DNA of 64,000 nucleotides, taken from an uncultured Gammaproteobacteria bacterium (GTDB lineage: Bacteria; Patescibacteriota; Microgenomatia; UBA10105; UBA927). Below, piece by piece: positions 1 through 9,978 of this stretch (positions within the stretch are counted from its first letter, which is position 1; every line of letters starts with the position of its first letter). The position numbers and the translations under genes were made by a program. The stretch is taken from the NCBI GenBank assembly GCA_964527425.1, contig CAZGOA010000005.1:15290-79289 (forward strand). Direction: 5' to 3'. The notes under the pieces are model-generated. The model had not been told where the DNA came from. It did not search any database and was given only the letters and a program-made list of their open reading frames with translations.

Positions 1-411
1 AGTGACCCTGGATACAAATTAATTAGAGAAGCCAAAAAAAGAACTATAAAAGTAATCAGTATTCCAGGAGCAAATGCAGCTATAACTGCACTTACTACCT
101 CTGGATTGCCGACAGATTCTTACTTATTCATTGGATTTTTACCAGAGAAGGAAAAACAGCGAATTAAAAAATTACAGGAGTTACAATCTCTTGCTGTAAA
201 ACCCACGATAATCAGTTATTGTGCTCCCCACAAACTCCATACGACATTAACAGATATGCAGCATATATATGGCGATAATCAAACCATTACGGTAGCAAGA
301 GAACTCACAAAAATACATGAACAAATATGGAACGGAACAATTAAAGACGCAGTAAGTGTATTTAATCAACCCAAAGGAGAATTTGTCTTACTTTGGAACT
401 TTAACTCATAA
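1..411 (+). CDS. rsmI: 16S rRNA (cytidine1402-2'-O)-methyltransferase RsmI, C-terminal part (5' end lies outside the window)
   Basis: Open in frame from position 1 (SDPGYKLIREAKKRTIKVISIPGANAAITALTTSGLP...). This matches the tetrapyrrole-methylase fold of the RsmI C-terminus. Stop at 411. Confidence 0.7.
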   Translation, partial: SDPGYKLIREAKKRTIKVISIPGANAAITALTTSGLPTDSYLFIGFLPEKEKQRIKKLQELQSLAVKPTIISYCAPHKLHTTLTDMQHIYGDNQTITVARELTKIHEQIWNGTIKDAVSVFNQPKGEFVLLWNFNS

Positions 412-2497
412 TCATTCTTGCATCAAGAACAATGACTCCCTGTCCTTTAGGTCGTATTATTATCGGGTTAATATCAAGCTCCTTGATTGAAGGAACACTT
501 AACGCTAAATTTGCGACATTCACAAGAACCGAACAAAATGCATCTATATCTAAGAGAGGTTTATTGCGAATACCTGTTAAAAGAGGACTTCCTTGAAGTG
601 AAAAAATCATCTCTTTCGCTTGAATTGTAGTAATTGGTGCAAAATTTCCAGAAATATCTTTTAATAATTCTACATAAATACCACCGAGACCTACAAGTAT
701 AAGCGTCCCTAATGGTTCTTCTCGTTTCATACCAATATAAAATTCTTCTCCTTCCCCCTCTATCATTTCAGAGAGGAGGACTCCATCGGTTCGTGCTTGA
801 GGAGCATGTGTTCGTATTCTTTCCATCATTTCTTTAAATTCTTGCATCGCTTGTTCAGGCTTAACATGTAGTTTCACTCCTCCTACATCTGTTTTATGTG
901 ATATATCAGGGGATACTATTTTCATTGCAATTTCGCCGTGAAACTGTTTGGATTTTTCTTCGATATCACGTTCTGATTGTGCTAATACTGATGTAACAAC
1001 TGGTACTTCTGCTTTTTGTAATAACTTAAAGACTGTTTCTGTATCTAGTAGTGTATTTGATTTTACTTGAGGTAGTGAAATTTGAGTTGTGTCTATAGAT
1101 CGAAAAACTGCATATTCGGAATTTTTTCTCTTTTTTACTGTTGAGGCAAACGCCGTTAAATGTCCAAGAGCTGTGACTGTTGGTTCAGGAAACTGACTAT
1201 GAGCAACACCAGTTGCAGACAGCAGGAATTGTCCCTTATCTATTTGTTTATCGCCAATAAAAGAAGAAACAACAGGTTTGTTAATTGAATTACGGGCCCG
1301 AATTATCGCTGCTGCTGTTTCTGGCACATCCGTCATCGATTGTGGTGTAACGATTGTGACAATACTGTCTACCTCTGGATCCTTTGCAATAATAGATAAT
1401 GCTTGTTCATACCGAGTAGAATTCGCATCGCCTAATAAATCAACCGGGTTTACAGGATGTGAATTTGACGGAAGAATGGTTGTAAGTTGGCTTATTGTAG
1501 TCTGAGTAAAATGAGATAATGAAAGAGATAATCGGCTTGCCTCATCGGTCGCAAGAATCCCTGGACCTCCTGCGTTTGTTACTATGGTTACCTTATTTCC
1601 GTTTGGTAACGGGTTATTTGCACAAACATGTGCTGTGGTTAAGAGTTCATCCATCGACCTAACTCGAATAATCCCTGCTTGATTAACCAATGTTTGATAC
1701 GCAAAATCGGAACCTGCTAAAGACCCAGTATGAGATGAGGATGCATGTTGTCCTTCTTGAGTAACGCCAGCTTTTAGCATAATTACTGGTTTTGGATGAT
1801 CCGATCGTTGGTTTTCATGAATCATAGATAATAATTCGTTTGCATTGTGGAGTGATTCGGTATACAAGGTAATTACTGATGTTTCTGGATCCTGAAAAAA
1901 ATATGGTAAGAGTTCATTTTCTGTAATTTGAGCTTTATTCCCCACGCTAATTATTTTTGAAAATCCAATGCCTCTGTCGTTAGCAATATCTAATAGTGAG
2001 CTGATTAGAGCACCACTTTGTGAAATACAAGCTATATTCCCTTTTATTGGTAATACAGTCTCAAATGATGCGTTTAGTTCAATATGAGCGTTTAAAATAC
2101 CTAAACAGTTCGGTCCAACTAAAGTCAGATCATGCGTGTTACATAGTTTAACTAACTCCTCCTCTCTTTTTTTTCCTTCCTCCCCTTGTTCCTTAAAACC
2201 GGCAGAGATAACTACGACAGCCTTAATCTGAGCTTCTATAGCTTCTTGGATAACCGATAACACCCCTTTAGAAGGAATTGCAACAATAGCTAAATCAACA
2301 GGTTTTTGTATGGATGAAACGGTTGGGTAAACCGATACTCCCATAATTTCCGTTGCTTTAGGATTAACAGGATAAACTGAACCTTTATAGTTGGATTGAA
2401 GTAAATTCTGTAACAAACTACCACCAACACTATTCGGATCTCTTGATGCACCGATGAGTGCAATAGAATTAGGATTGAAAACAGTATGTATATTCAT
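401..2497 (-). CDS. Acetate--CoA ligase (ADP-forming), fused alpha/beta subunits (NDP-forming acyl-CoA synthetase family)
   Basis: 698 aa. N-terminal CoA-binding domain (NPNSIALIGASRDPNSVGGSLLQNLL...YPVNPK), a succinyl-CoA-synthetase-like flavodoxin domain and a C-terminal ATP-grasp domain. This architecture is typical of ACD enzymes. Confidence 0.8.
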   Translation of the reverse strand: MNIHTVFNPNSIALIGASRDPNSVGGSLLQNLLQSNYKGSVYPVNPKATEIMGVSVYPTVSSIQKPVDLAIVAIPSKGVLSVIQEAIEAQIKAVVVISAGFKEQGEEGKKREEELVKLCNTHDLTLVGPNCLGILNAHIELNASFETVLPIKGNIACISQSGALISSLLDIANDRGIGFSKIISVGNKAQITENELLPYFFQDPETSVITLYTESLHNANELLSMIHENQRSDHPKPVIMLKAGVTQEGQHASSSHTGSLAGSDFAYQTLVNQAGIIRVRSMDELLTTAHVCANNPLPNGNKVTIVTNAGGPGILATDEASRLSLSLSHFTQTTISQLTTILPSNSHPVNPVDLLGDANSTRYEQALSIIAKDPEVDSIVTIVTPQSMTDVPETAAAIIRARNSINKPVVSSFIGDKQIDKGQFLLSATGVAHSQFPEPTVTALGHLTAFASTVKKRKNSEYAVFRSIDTTQISLPQVKSNTLLDTETVFKLLQKAEVPVVTSVLAQSERDIEEKSKQFHGEIAMKIVSPDISHKTDVGGVKLHVKPEQAMQEFKEMMERIRTHAPQARTDGVLLSEMIEGEGEEFYIGMKREEPLGTLILVGLGGIYVELLKDISGNFAPITTIQAKEMIFSLQGSPLLTGIRNKPLLDIDAFCSVLVNVANLALSVPSIKELDINPIIIRPKGQGVIVLDARMIMS

Positions 2498-2515
2498 GGG
2501 CAGAAATATCTACTT

Positions 2516-4156
2516 TTATCGTATCAGATCTATTAATAAATTTTTTCCTGTCATTACTTCTGGAATTGGTATCTGTAATAGACCTAATATGGTTGGTGCT
2601 ACATCTCCCAATTTGCCAGAAGGAATGGTATATTCTTTGCCTTCTAACTGCTTATTTATAACAATAAGTGGTACAGGATAGATAGAATGTTCAGTATCCA
2701 TTTCGCCTTCTTCTCCAAGCATTTCTTCAACGTTTCCATGATCTGCTGTTATTAACACAGTTCCATCTAACTCTAATACTGCAGGAACTATCTTACCTAA
2801 ACATTCATCAACAACTTCAACTCCCTTTATCGACGCACTAATGTTTCCTGTGTGCCCTAACATGTCCGGATTTGCAAAATTAACTAATATAAACGCATAA
2901 ACTCCAGACGATATTCTGTCTAATAATTTTTCTGTGAGTTCTCGAGCAGACATCTCTGGTTTTAAATCATACGTAGCAACTTTTTGAGAAGGAATAATAA
3001 GTCTGTCTTCACCAGAAAAAGCATCTTCACGTAATCCATTAAAATAATAGGTTACAAAACGCTCTTTCTCAGTTTCAGACATGCGCAACTGCCGTTCATT
3101 GGCATCTGCAATAACTTTTCCTAGTGGAGATTTAAACACCATGGGCGGAAACGCTACAGTAACAGGGAGGTCTCGTTCATATTCTGTCATAGTAACAAAA
3201 AACAAATCTTTTAAGACAATATTCCGTTTAAATGGTTTTAACCTGGTATCTTCTTCAATTACATGTTTGTGATAGTACTTAATAGTATATGGATCAAAGG
3301 ATTGCCGTATATGAGTCTCAAAATCTGATAACACAAATGCTTTGGTTAATTGTCTTGGTCGATCTATTCTAAAATTAAAAAAAATCACTGCATCATGATT
3401 TGTTATTCTTGAATATGGCTTTCCTTCAGAGTCTAGAATTATTGTTGGCTCAATAAATTCATCAGTAATTTTCTTATCATACGCTTGTTGTATGGCTTCC
3501 TCTGGTGATGCTGCAAAATGTCCTGATTCACTGGTTAATGCATTATATGCTTTTTCTGTCCTTTCCCATCTTCTGTCACGATCCATAGCATAATAGCGTC
3601 CCATTATTGATGCTATAACACCACTTTCTTCTTTTTGTATATATTCCTGCAATTCCTTTATGAATCGTAATCCAGCATTAGGTGGACTATCTCTACCATC
3701 TGTAAACATATGTAAAAATACCCGTTTTCTCATTTGAGTATCTTTAGCAAGCCTCAACAATTCATAGAGATGCTCTCTATTGGAATGAACCATTCCATCA
3801 CTTAATAATCCTAATATATGTATATTTGAGTTATGGTTTAAAGCATATTGAAATGCGCCAGTGAACGCTTCATTTTTGGCAAAAGAACCGTCAGCAACAG
3901 ACATATTAATTCTCGGTAAATCTTGATAAACAATTCTTCCTGCACCCAAATTTAAATGGCCTGTTTCAGTATTACCATCTTCACCAGGTGGCAAACCCAC
4001 AGCTTCTCCCGAGGCCAATAATTGTGTATGAGGATATCTTTTTTTATACGATTCAAAATTTGGTAATGCCGCTAGTGATAACGCATTACCAGGTCCTGGT
4101 GGAGCTATGCCCCAACCATCTAAAACTAATAAAACAACAGGCTTCTTCATAAACAT
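2516..4156 (-). CDS. gpmI: 2,3-bisphosphoglycerate-independent phosphoglycerate mutase
   Basis: 546 aa. N-terminus MKKPVVLLVLDGWGIAPPGPGNA and the metalloenzyme core (ADHGN) are typical of iPGM. Confidence 0.9.
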   Translation of the reverse strand: MFMKKPVVLLVLDGWGIAPPGPGNALSLAALPNFESYKKRYPHTQLLASGEAVGLPPGEDGNTETGHLNLGAGRIVYQDLPRINMSVADGSFAKNEAFTGAFQYALNHNSNIHILGLLSDGMVHSNREHLYELLRLAKDTQMRKRVFLHMFTDGRDSPPNAGLRFIKELQEYIQKEESGVIASIMGRYYAMDRDRRWERTEKAYNALTSESGHFAASPEEAIQQAYDKKITDEFIEPTIILDSEGKPYSRITNHDAVIFFNFRIDRPRQLTKAFVLSDFETHIRQSFDPYTIKYYHKHVIEEDTRLKPFKRNIVLKDLFFVTMTEYERDLPVTVAFPPMVFKSPLGKVIADANERQLRMSETEKERFVTYYFNGLREDAFSGEDRLIIPSQKVATYDLKPEMSARELTEKLLDRISSGVYAFILVNFANPDMLGHTGNISASIKGVEVVDECLGKIVPAVLELDGTVLITADHGNVEEMLGEEGEMDTEHSIYPVPLIVINKQLEGKEYTIPSGKLGDVAPTILGLLQIPIPEVMTGKNLLIDLIR

Positions 4157-4222
4157 GCTTTGTATCTTTATAGTATCAATATTTACTACTTCACACTATG
4201 AGTATATAGCAGGATTGCATTG

Positions 4223-5491
4223 TTAGGCAGGAAATAGTTCTTGTTCTATTGCTAATAACCTATTATATTTAACAACACGTTCGCCACGAGCTGGTGCTCC
4301 AAATTTTACATATTCTGATTGAATACCTACTGCTAAATCAGAAATATATGTATCATTAGTTTCTCCACTTCTATGTGAGGTGATAGTTTTGATACCATGT
4401 TTTTTTGCTAAAGCAACTACTGTTAAAAATTCCAATACCGTTCCGATTTGATTTGGTTTTAATAATATTGCATTCGCTGCTTGCTCATCAATTGCTTTTT
4501 GGAGACGTTCTGTATTCGTTACCAAAAAATCATCACCTACAATATTTATCTCGTTACCTAATAATGTAGTAATTTCTTTCCAGCCTTCCCAGTCATCTTC
4601 TTCTAGTGGATCTTCAAGATAAAGCAGATGATATTTAGTGTGAATTTCTTTTAAGAAGGTTATGAATTCTTTTGCAGTGAATGCTTGTGGCCTATCTTTT
4701 ATTTCGTACCCTCGTGCTGTCTTAAATTGTGTCGCTGCAACATCGAGTCCAAGAAACACATCACCAGTAAGTCTATAAGGGGTGGTTTTTATTGCATCAG
4801 ATAAAATTTCTAATGCATCTGTATTTAAAAACAAGTTGGGAGCAAACCCTCCCTCATCACCTACAGAATGAATAGCATTTCTATAAACAAGCATTTTTTT
4901 AACTGCCATATAAATTTCTGTTCCCATTTGTAAAGCTGCATGAAATGGTTTATTGCTAACAGGAAGTACATGAAATTCTTGAAAATTAATATTTCCAGCT
5001 CCATGTGCTCCACCATTTATAAGATTAAATGTTGGAGTTGGTATACGTGTCATTGGGGTTTGAACCATAGAATTCAATAACGCGTTAATATATTTATATA
5101 AAGGAATTTTTTGATGATTTGCAGCAGCAATAGCAGTTGCCATTGATACACTCAATATTGTATTCCCACCTAATGAGGATTTGTTTTTTGTACCATCTAG
5201 AGCAAGTAAGGTTTCATCAATAGTTTTTTGATTGAGCGCATCCATGCCCTTTAATTTAGGGCTAATAATCGATCCCACGTTCGTTAACGCTTTTAAAACT
5301 CCCATCCCGTTATAGCGTTTTTCATCGCCATCACGAATCTCAACTGCCTCATATTTCCCTCGAGAGGCTCCTGCTGGAACAGCTGCAGTACCCCGATACC
5401 CACTATTGAGTATCACCGTGCTTTCAATAGTTGGATTTCCACGGGAGTCAAGAATTTCTCTAGCTGTAATCGCGTAAATACCGGCATTCAT
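4223..5491 (-). CDS. eno: Enolase (phosphopyruvate hydratase)
   Basis: 422 aa. ITAREILDSRGNPTIE at the N-terminus and a SHRSGETEDT-like motif (SHRSGETNDT). Confidence 0.92.
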   Translation of the reverse strand: MNAGIYAITAREILDSRGNPTIESTVILNSGYRGTAAVPAGASRGKYEAVEIRDGDEKRYNGMGVLKALTNVGSIISPKLKGMDALNQKTIDETLLALDGTKNKSSLGGNTILSVSMATAIAAANHQKIPLYKYINALLNSMVQTPMTRIPTPTFNLINGGAHGAGNINFQEFHVLPVSNKPFHAALQMGTEIYMAVKKMLVYRNAIHSVGDEGGFAPNLFLNTDALEILSDAIKTTPYRLTGDVFLGLDVAATQFKTARGYEIKDRPQAFTAKEFITFLKEIHTKYHLLYLEDPLEEDDWEGWKEITTLLGNEINIVGDDFLVTNTERLQKAIDEQAANAILLKPNQIGTVLEFLTVVALAKKHGIKTITSHRSGETNDTYISDLAVGIQSEYVKFGAPARGERVVKYNRLLAIEQELFPA

Positions 5492-7758
5492 CTGTGATGA
5501 CCTTTATGTACCAATTTTTTTTCGGCGTTATATACCGTTTCTCGCACATGATCAACAGCATCCGGATTTACAGAAACACTAGTAATTCCCCATTGAACAA
5601 GTTTTTCTACTAAATCAGGATAATCAGATGGTGCTTGCCCACACATAGATACTGTAACATCATGCTTTACACATGTAGTGATTATGCGTTCAAATGCCCA
5701 TAAAACAGATGGATCAAGTTCACTAAAGTCATGAGCAACTTCACTATTGTCTCTATCAGTACCTAACATAAGCATTGTTAAATCATTAGAACCAATAGAT
5801 ACGCCGTCTATACCAACATCAATGAAATCTTCTAGTCGAATAACATTTGTTGGTATTTCACACATCAACCATAATTTGAAACTATGTGACCGTTCTAATC
5901 CTTCTCTATGCATAATTTTCTTTACTTCATGCAATTCTTTAGGATTTCTTACAAAAGGAATCATCATCCATAAATTTTTATGACCCATGTCATTTCTTAC
6001 TTTTTTTATAGCTGCAAGTTCCATTTCAAAGACTCTTGCATCTGCAACATATCGAGCTGCACCTCTAAAACCTAACATTGGATTGGGCTCTTCTGGTTCG
6101 AACGCTTGTCCGCCTTTTAAATTTCTATACTCATTTGTTTTAAAGTCAGTAGCTCTGTAAACAACTGGTTTTCCTTCAAATGCTTTACAAAAAATTTCCA
6201 ATTTTTCAGCCAGAGTATCTATAAATACATGCTCCTTCTTTTCCTCAATAAGCTTACGCGGATGTGTTCCAATATCTGCAATCATAAACTCTGCACGTAA
6301 TAATCCAACTCCATTAACATTGAGTTTTGATACAATTTCCGCTCTGCTTGGTTCTGCCAAATTAACATAGACCTTTGTCGCAGTTGTTAAATGTTCGCTA
6401 GATGGTGTTGTAGATGGATGAGATGATGGCAATTCAACAACTCCCTCATATATCTCACCAGCAGAACCGTTCACTGTTATTTTCATGCCATCTTTTAACT
6501 TAGTTAAGGCGCCTTCAGTACCAACTATTGCCGGAATACCTAACTCTCGCGACACAATAGCTGCATGAGAAGTCCTACCACCACGTTCTGTTACAATAGC
6601 TACGGCCTTACGCATAGCTGGCACAAAATCAGGATTTGTTTGTTCTGCTACAAGCACATCTCCAGATTCAATCTTTCCAATTTCTTCGGCAGACTTTAAG
6701 ATTTTTACAGATCCAGAAGCAATACCAGGACTTGCAGGATCACCTTTAAGAAATATTTCCTTTTTGATTTTTATATGACTGCTTGCAGTTTTAGATTCTG
6801 TTGTTGTTACTGGCCTTGTCTGTACAATATATAAAGTACCATCCTCCATTGCCCACTCAATATCTTGTGGAAAATAATAATGATGTTCTAATTTTTTACC
6901 AATTTCTGCTAACTCAACAATTTTATCATCAGGCATTTTTTGTTCTTTAGCTTCTTCATGTGTCAATTTTTTAATAATATTTCCTTTACCATGTTTTACC
7001 ATTTTCTTTTCTTGTTCTCGGATAACTTTATTCGTAATTTCCATGCTTTTCTTTTCAACTTCATAGTGATCTGGTGTCACGGCTCCCTGAACAATCATTT
7101 CACCCAAGCCATGGATTGCTTCAATAACGACCTTTGATTTATCGTTGGTTACAGGATCAATAGTAAACATAATACCTGATGCTTCAGACTCAACCATTTT
7201 CTGTACAGGTACAGCTATTCCTACTTTAAAATGATCGAATTTATTTGTAGCTCGATAAAATATTGCTCTTGCAGTAAAAAGAGATGCCCATGCTTCTTTA
7301 ACCATTTCAATCAAATTTGCTTCTCCTTGAACATTTAAAAATGTTGATTGCTGTCCAGCAAAAGAAGCTCCCGGAAGATCTTCCGCGGTTGCAGAGGAAC
7401 GTACAGCAACTAATGCATTATGTAGAGGACCACTTAATGTAAAATATGCATCAATAACATCTTTTGCAACATCTTTTGGAAAATGTGAACGGATAATTAA
7501 TTTTTGCGTTTTTTCCGCTGCGTTTTCTAATTCTTCTGTATTATTTACATCTAAATTACCGAGTAAATCATGAATTTTAGTTCTTAAATTATCTTCATCA
7601 AGAAAATGATAATACGCATAGGAAGTAACGATAAACCCATTAGGAACTGGAAACCCAGCTTGAGTCATTTCACCTAGGTTAGCACCTTTCCCGCCAACCA
7701 TCGCTAAATCATCTTTATTAACATCTTTAAACCAGGCAACAAATTTCTTCATATACAT
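5488..7758 (-). CDS. ppsA: Phosphoenolpyruvate synthase (pyruvate, water dikinase)
   Basis: 756 aa. PEP-utilising enzyme N-terminus (DLAMVGGKGANLGEM), a mobile His domain (GGRTSHAAIVSRELGIPAIVG) and a C-terminal PEP-binding TIM barrel. Overlaps eno by 4 nt. Confidence 0.85.
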   Translation of the reverse strand: MYMKKFVAWFKDVNKDDLAMVGGKGANLGEMTQAGFPVPNGFIVTSYAYYHFLDEDNLRTKIHDLLGNLDVNNTEELENAAEKTQKLIIRSHFPKDVAKDVIDAYFTLSGPLHNALVAVRSSATAEDLPGASFAGQQSTFLNVQGEANLIEMVKEAWASLFTARAIFYRATNKFDHFKVGIAVPVQKMVESEASGIMFTIDPVTNDKSKVVIEAIHGLGEMIVQGAVTPDHYEVEKKSMEITNKVIREQEKKMVKHGKGNIIKKLTHEEAKEQKMPDDKIVELAEIGKKLEHHYYFPQDIEWAMEDGTLYIVQTRPVTTTESKTASSHIKIKKEIFLKGDPASPGIASGSVKILKSAEEIGKIESGDVLVAEQTNPDFVPAMRKAVAIVTERGGRTSHAAIVSRELGIPAIVGTEGALTKLKDGMKITVNGSAGEIYEGVVELPSSHPSTTPSSEHLTTATKVYVNLAEPSRAEIVSKLNVNGVGLLRAEFMIADIGTHPRKLIEEKKEHVFIDTLAEKLEIFCKAFEGKPVVYRATDFKTNEYRNLKGGQAFEPEEPNPMLGFRGAARYVADARVFEMELAAIKKVRNDMGHKNLWMMIPFVRNPKELHEVKKIMHREGLERSHSFKLWLMCEIPTNVIRLEDFIDVGIDGVSIGSNDLTMLMLGTDRDNSEVAHDFSELDPSVLWAFERIITTCVKHDVTVSMCGQAPSDYPDLVEKLVQWGITSVSVNPDAVDHVRETVYNAEKKLVHKGHHR

Positions 7759-7889
7759 TCAGTATGCAGGAGTATGACCAGAGGTGCAAGTCTTTTGTTA
7801 TCTATTCACAGAAATCCAATTTTTCATGATATAAAAAAGTATATATTTATATTAATTTGATTTACTATGTTACGATTATAGAGTTAGTA

Positions 7890-9932
7890 CTATCGCAAGG
7901 GTGCAAGCAACGGAGCATCATATGAAATATCTTGTAGATAATATCGGTCTTCTTTAGATTGATTACTAATTCGTTTCCAAACGTCAACGTATTGTTCTTG
8001 CAACATGATTAAATTTTCTATTGGAATTTCCTTCTTTAACATCGAATATACATACTGATTTCTCCTATTCCAGTTAAGAAGATATTCAACAGTGTTTGGT
8101 ATTTCAAATGAATGAGCAATCTTAATAAACCCAGGAACGCATAACGAGCCAGTTTTGAGCTGTTCTTCATTATTATTACTTAGAAAACACAGTGATGAAG
8201 AAAAATTTACAAGAGACAAAGGAGATCTTGGTTGTATTGAATAGAAATAAGTTTTTATATTCGATTGATTTAATAGCATAGCAGAATGACTTGCCACTGT
8301 TTGAAGTTGTTGTAAATGTTCATTTATAGTATTGCTTTTATTAACACCAAATTGGGAAATATATAACCCTGCTGATACGGTAGCTTCATCACCTTGATGT
8401 TGTATTGTTTGTAAACTTTCTTCAAATACGGCTACTGTTTCTACAATCTCAGGATAAAAAGAAGTTAATACTGACTTTACATACTCATTTTTATCAGCAT
8501 CCGTACCATATTGATAAATTAATCGATAATACTGTCTATTAAGCAACCCTAAAGATAGACCACTATATGCTGCCTTTCTTCTATCTTCTTCATTTAATAC
8601 CCCGTTTTTTTTGTGTAATTCACTAAGGTACTCTTTAGATATGGTATACGCTATTTTCCATCCTTCATATCCATCTGTTGAAAGGCGTGATAAATAGACA
8701 ATATCGATAGTGTTGTTTACTCTTGGTGGATGATGCGTAACGATAACATGTTCAATATTAACAATCCCTATTCCTAATAGAAACATTAAACCTACCGCAG
8801 CTTCTATATATATCCATGAATACTTTTTGATACTTCTTAAAAATACTGTACTTGCTAAGAAACCAACCCATAATAAAAAAATTGAACCATAGAATCGAAT
8901 AACGGTAAGTCCATGAAACTCCCAGTACAACAAAACTCTTCTAAGAATCGAAAGCAAAAATACAAAAAAAGTCATTATTACAATTGTCTGAACATAAAAT
9001 AATATAGGTCTTTTTTTCCCTTGATATACTCGTAACGCAAGAAGTCCGACCCATAAAAACCCATAGACTATAAATGACGTCACCAAAAACTCACCAAAAC
9101 CACGTTTAACGTATTCAGAGTAGGTACTAATACCATAATTTGTTAATTCATACTCTTTTGCTACAGATGCAAAAATATACGGCCACTGAACACATAAAAA
9201 TACCAAAAGTGTTACCGCAATCATAGTCATGACGACAGTAATAGGTTTTATTAATGCAACATTTAGTTCAGACAGTTGCAGAACTTTTTGTTTAAACCTC
9301 ATAAACGCGAGGGGAATTATAGATAAAAAGGTTATGAGCCCAATAGTTATACGCACACTAGTCTCTCCAAATGTTACATATGAAAATACGTTTGTTAATG
9401 TTTTATTAAAAATTGGATCAGCACTACGGAGAAGAATAAGTAACACTACAACAAATGGAGTTCCAATTATTACTCCTATTATAATCGAGGACACCCATGC
9501 AGATACGCTACGTAAAGCAAAAGATCCTCCTCTTTTCCTCTGTGAACTTACTACTGCTATACTTCTTAGGACTGCTACTACATAGGTATTAAATAAAGAT
9601 ACAGGAACGAATAATAATTCAGAAAAAGAATTAACAAATCGTTTTTTCGCTAACGTTACATACCACAGCACAAAAAAGGATATAACCATTCCTAAAACCA
9701 TCAATAATTGTGGATATATAGCTCCTCTATTTACAGTTAACCATCCTAATAATCCTAAGGTAACTAAAAGGTACCAAGTAGAAACCATTCGTTTAATGCC
9801 GTATCCAATAACCCCTATACTAGTTAAAAAAAGAAGAAATCCTACTACCCCTAAACTTCCAACAGAATGAAAAAGATATTGATTTACAACCCCAGCAAGT
9901 ATTAACCCACCTAAGACAAATCTTAGAATCAT
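7890..9932 (-). CDS. Polytopic integral membrane protein of unknown function (DUF4173-like)
   Basis: 680 aa with more than 10 predicted TM helices in the N-terminal two thirds and a soluble C-terminal region. No recognisable catalytic motif. Confidence 0.55.
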   Translation of the reverse strand: MILRFVLGGLILAGVVNQYLFHSVGSLGVVGFLLFLTSIGVIGYGIKRMVSTWYLLVTLGLLGWLTVNRGAIYPQLLMVLGMVISFFVLWYVTLAKKRFVNSFSELLFVPVSLFNTYVVAVLRSIAVVSSQRKRGGSFALRSVSAWVSSIIIGVIIGTPFVVVLLILLRSADPIFNKTLTNVFSYVTFGETSVRITIGLITFLSIIPLAFMRFKQKVLQLSELNVALIKPITVVMTMIAVTLLVFLCVQWPYIFASVAKEYELTNYGISTYSEYVKRGFGEFLVTSFIVYGFLWVGLLALRVYQGKKRPILFYVQTIVIMTFFVFLLSILRRVLLYWEFHGLTVIRFYGSIFLLWVGFLASTVFLRSIKKYSWIYIEAAVGLMFLLGIGIVNIEHVIVTHHPPRVNNTIDIVYLSRLSTDGYEGWKIAYTISKEYLSELHKKNGVLNEEDRRKAAYSGLSLGLLNRQYYRLIYQYGTDADKNEYVKSVLTSFYPEIVETVAVFEESLQTIQHQGDEATVSAGLYISQFGVNKSNTINEHLQQLQTVASHSAMLLNQSNIKTYFYSIQPRSPLSLVNFSSSLCFLSNNNEEQLKTGSLCVPGFIKIAHSFEIPNTVEYLLNWNRRNQYVYSMLKKEIPIENLIMLQEQYVDVWKRISNQSKEDRYYLQDISYDAPLLAPLR

Positions 9933-9978
9933 ATTAATTTCTCTTTTGACAGGTTCTGATCTATATTAGTCCTTATAC

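Noticed and set aside
1278-1505. Short antisense or overlapping ORFs listed in the track (1278..1505, 2454..2681, 3081..3272, 5747..5983, 6940..7137, 9229..9585, 11047..11442, 13483..13767, 13828..14022, 15165..15389, 20765..21151, 21551..21955, 22361..22591, 26195..26386, 26341..26676, 27732..27965, 28292..28495, 31550..32051, 34870..35082, 35257..35469, 35602..35787, 37200..37403, 39590..39862, 40232..40426, 40577..40762, 42073..42348, 44264..45208, 45739..45966, 47489..47716, 49431..49808, 50966..51160, 52096..52293, 54865..55092, 55862..56455, 57939..58319, 58829..59017, 61734..61976, 62565..62885, 63674..63871)
   Set aside because: Each is embedded in, or antisense to, a longer ORF with clear homology. 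Their compositions are low-complexity and typical of frame-shifted AT-rich coding sequence.
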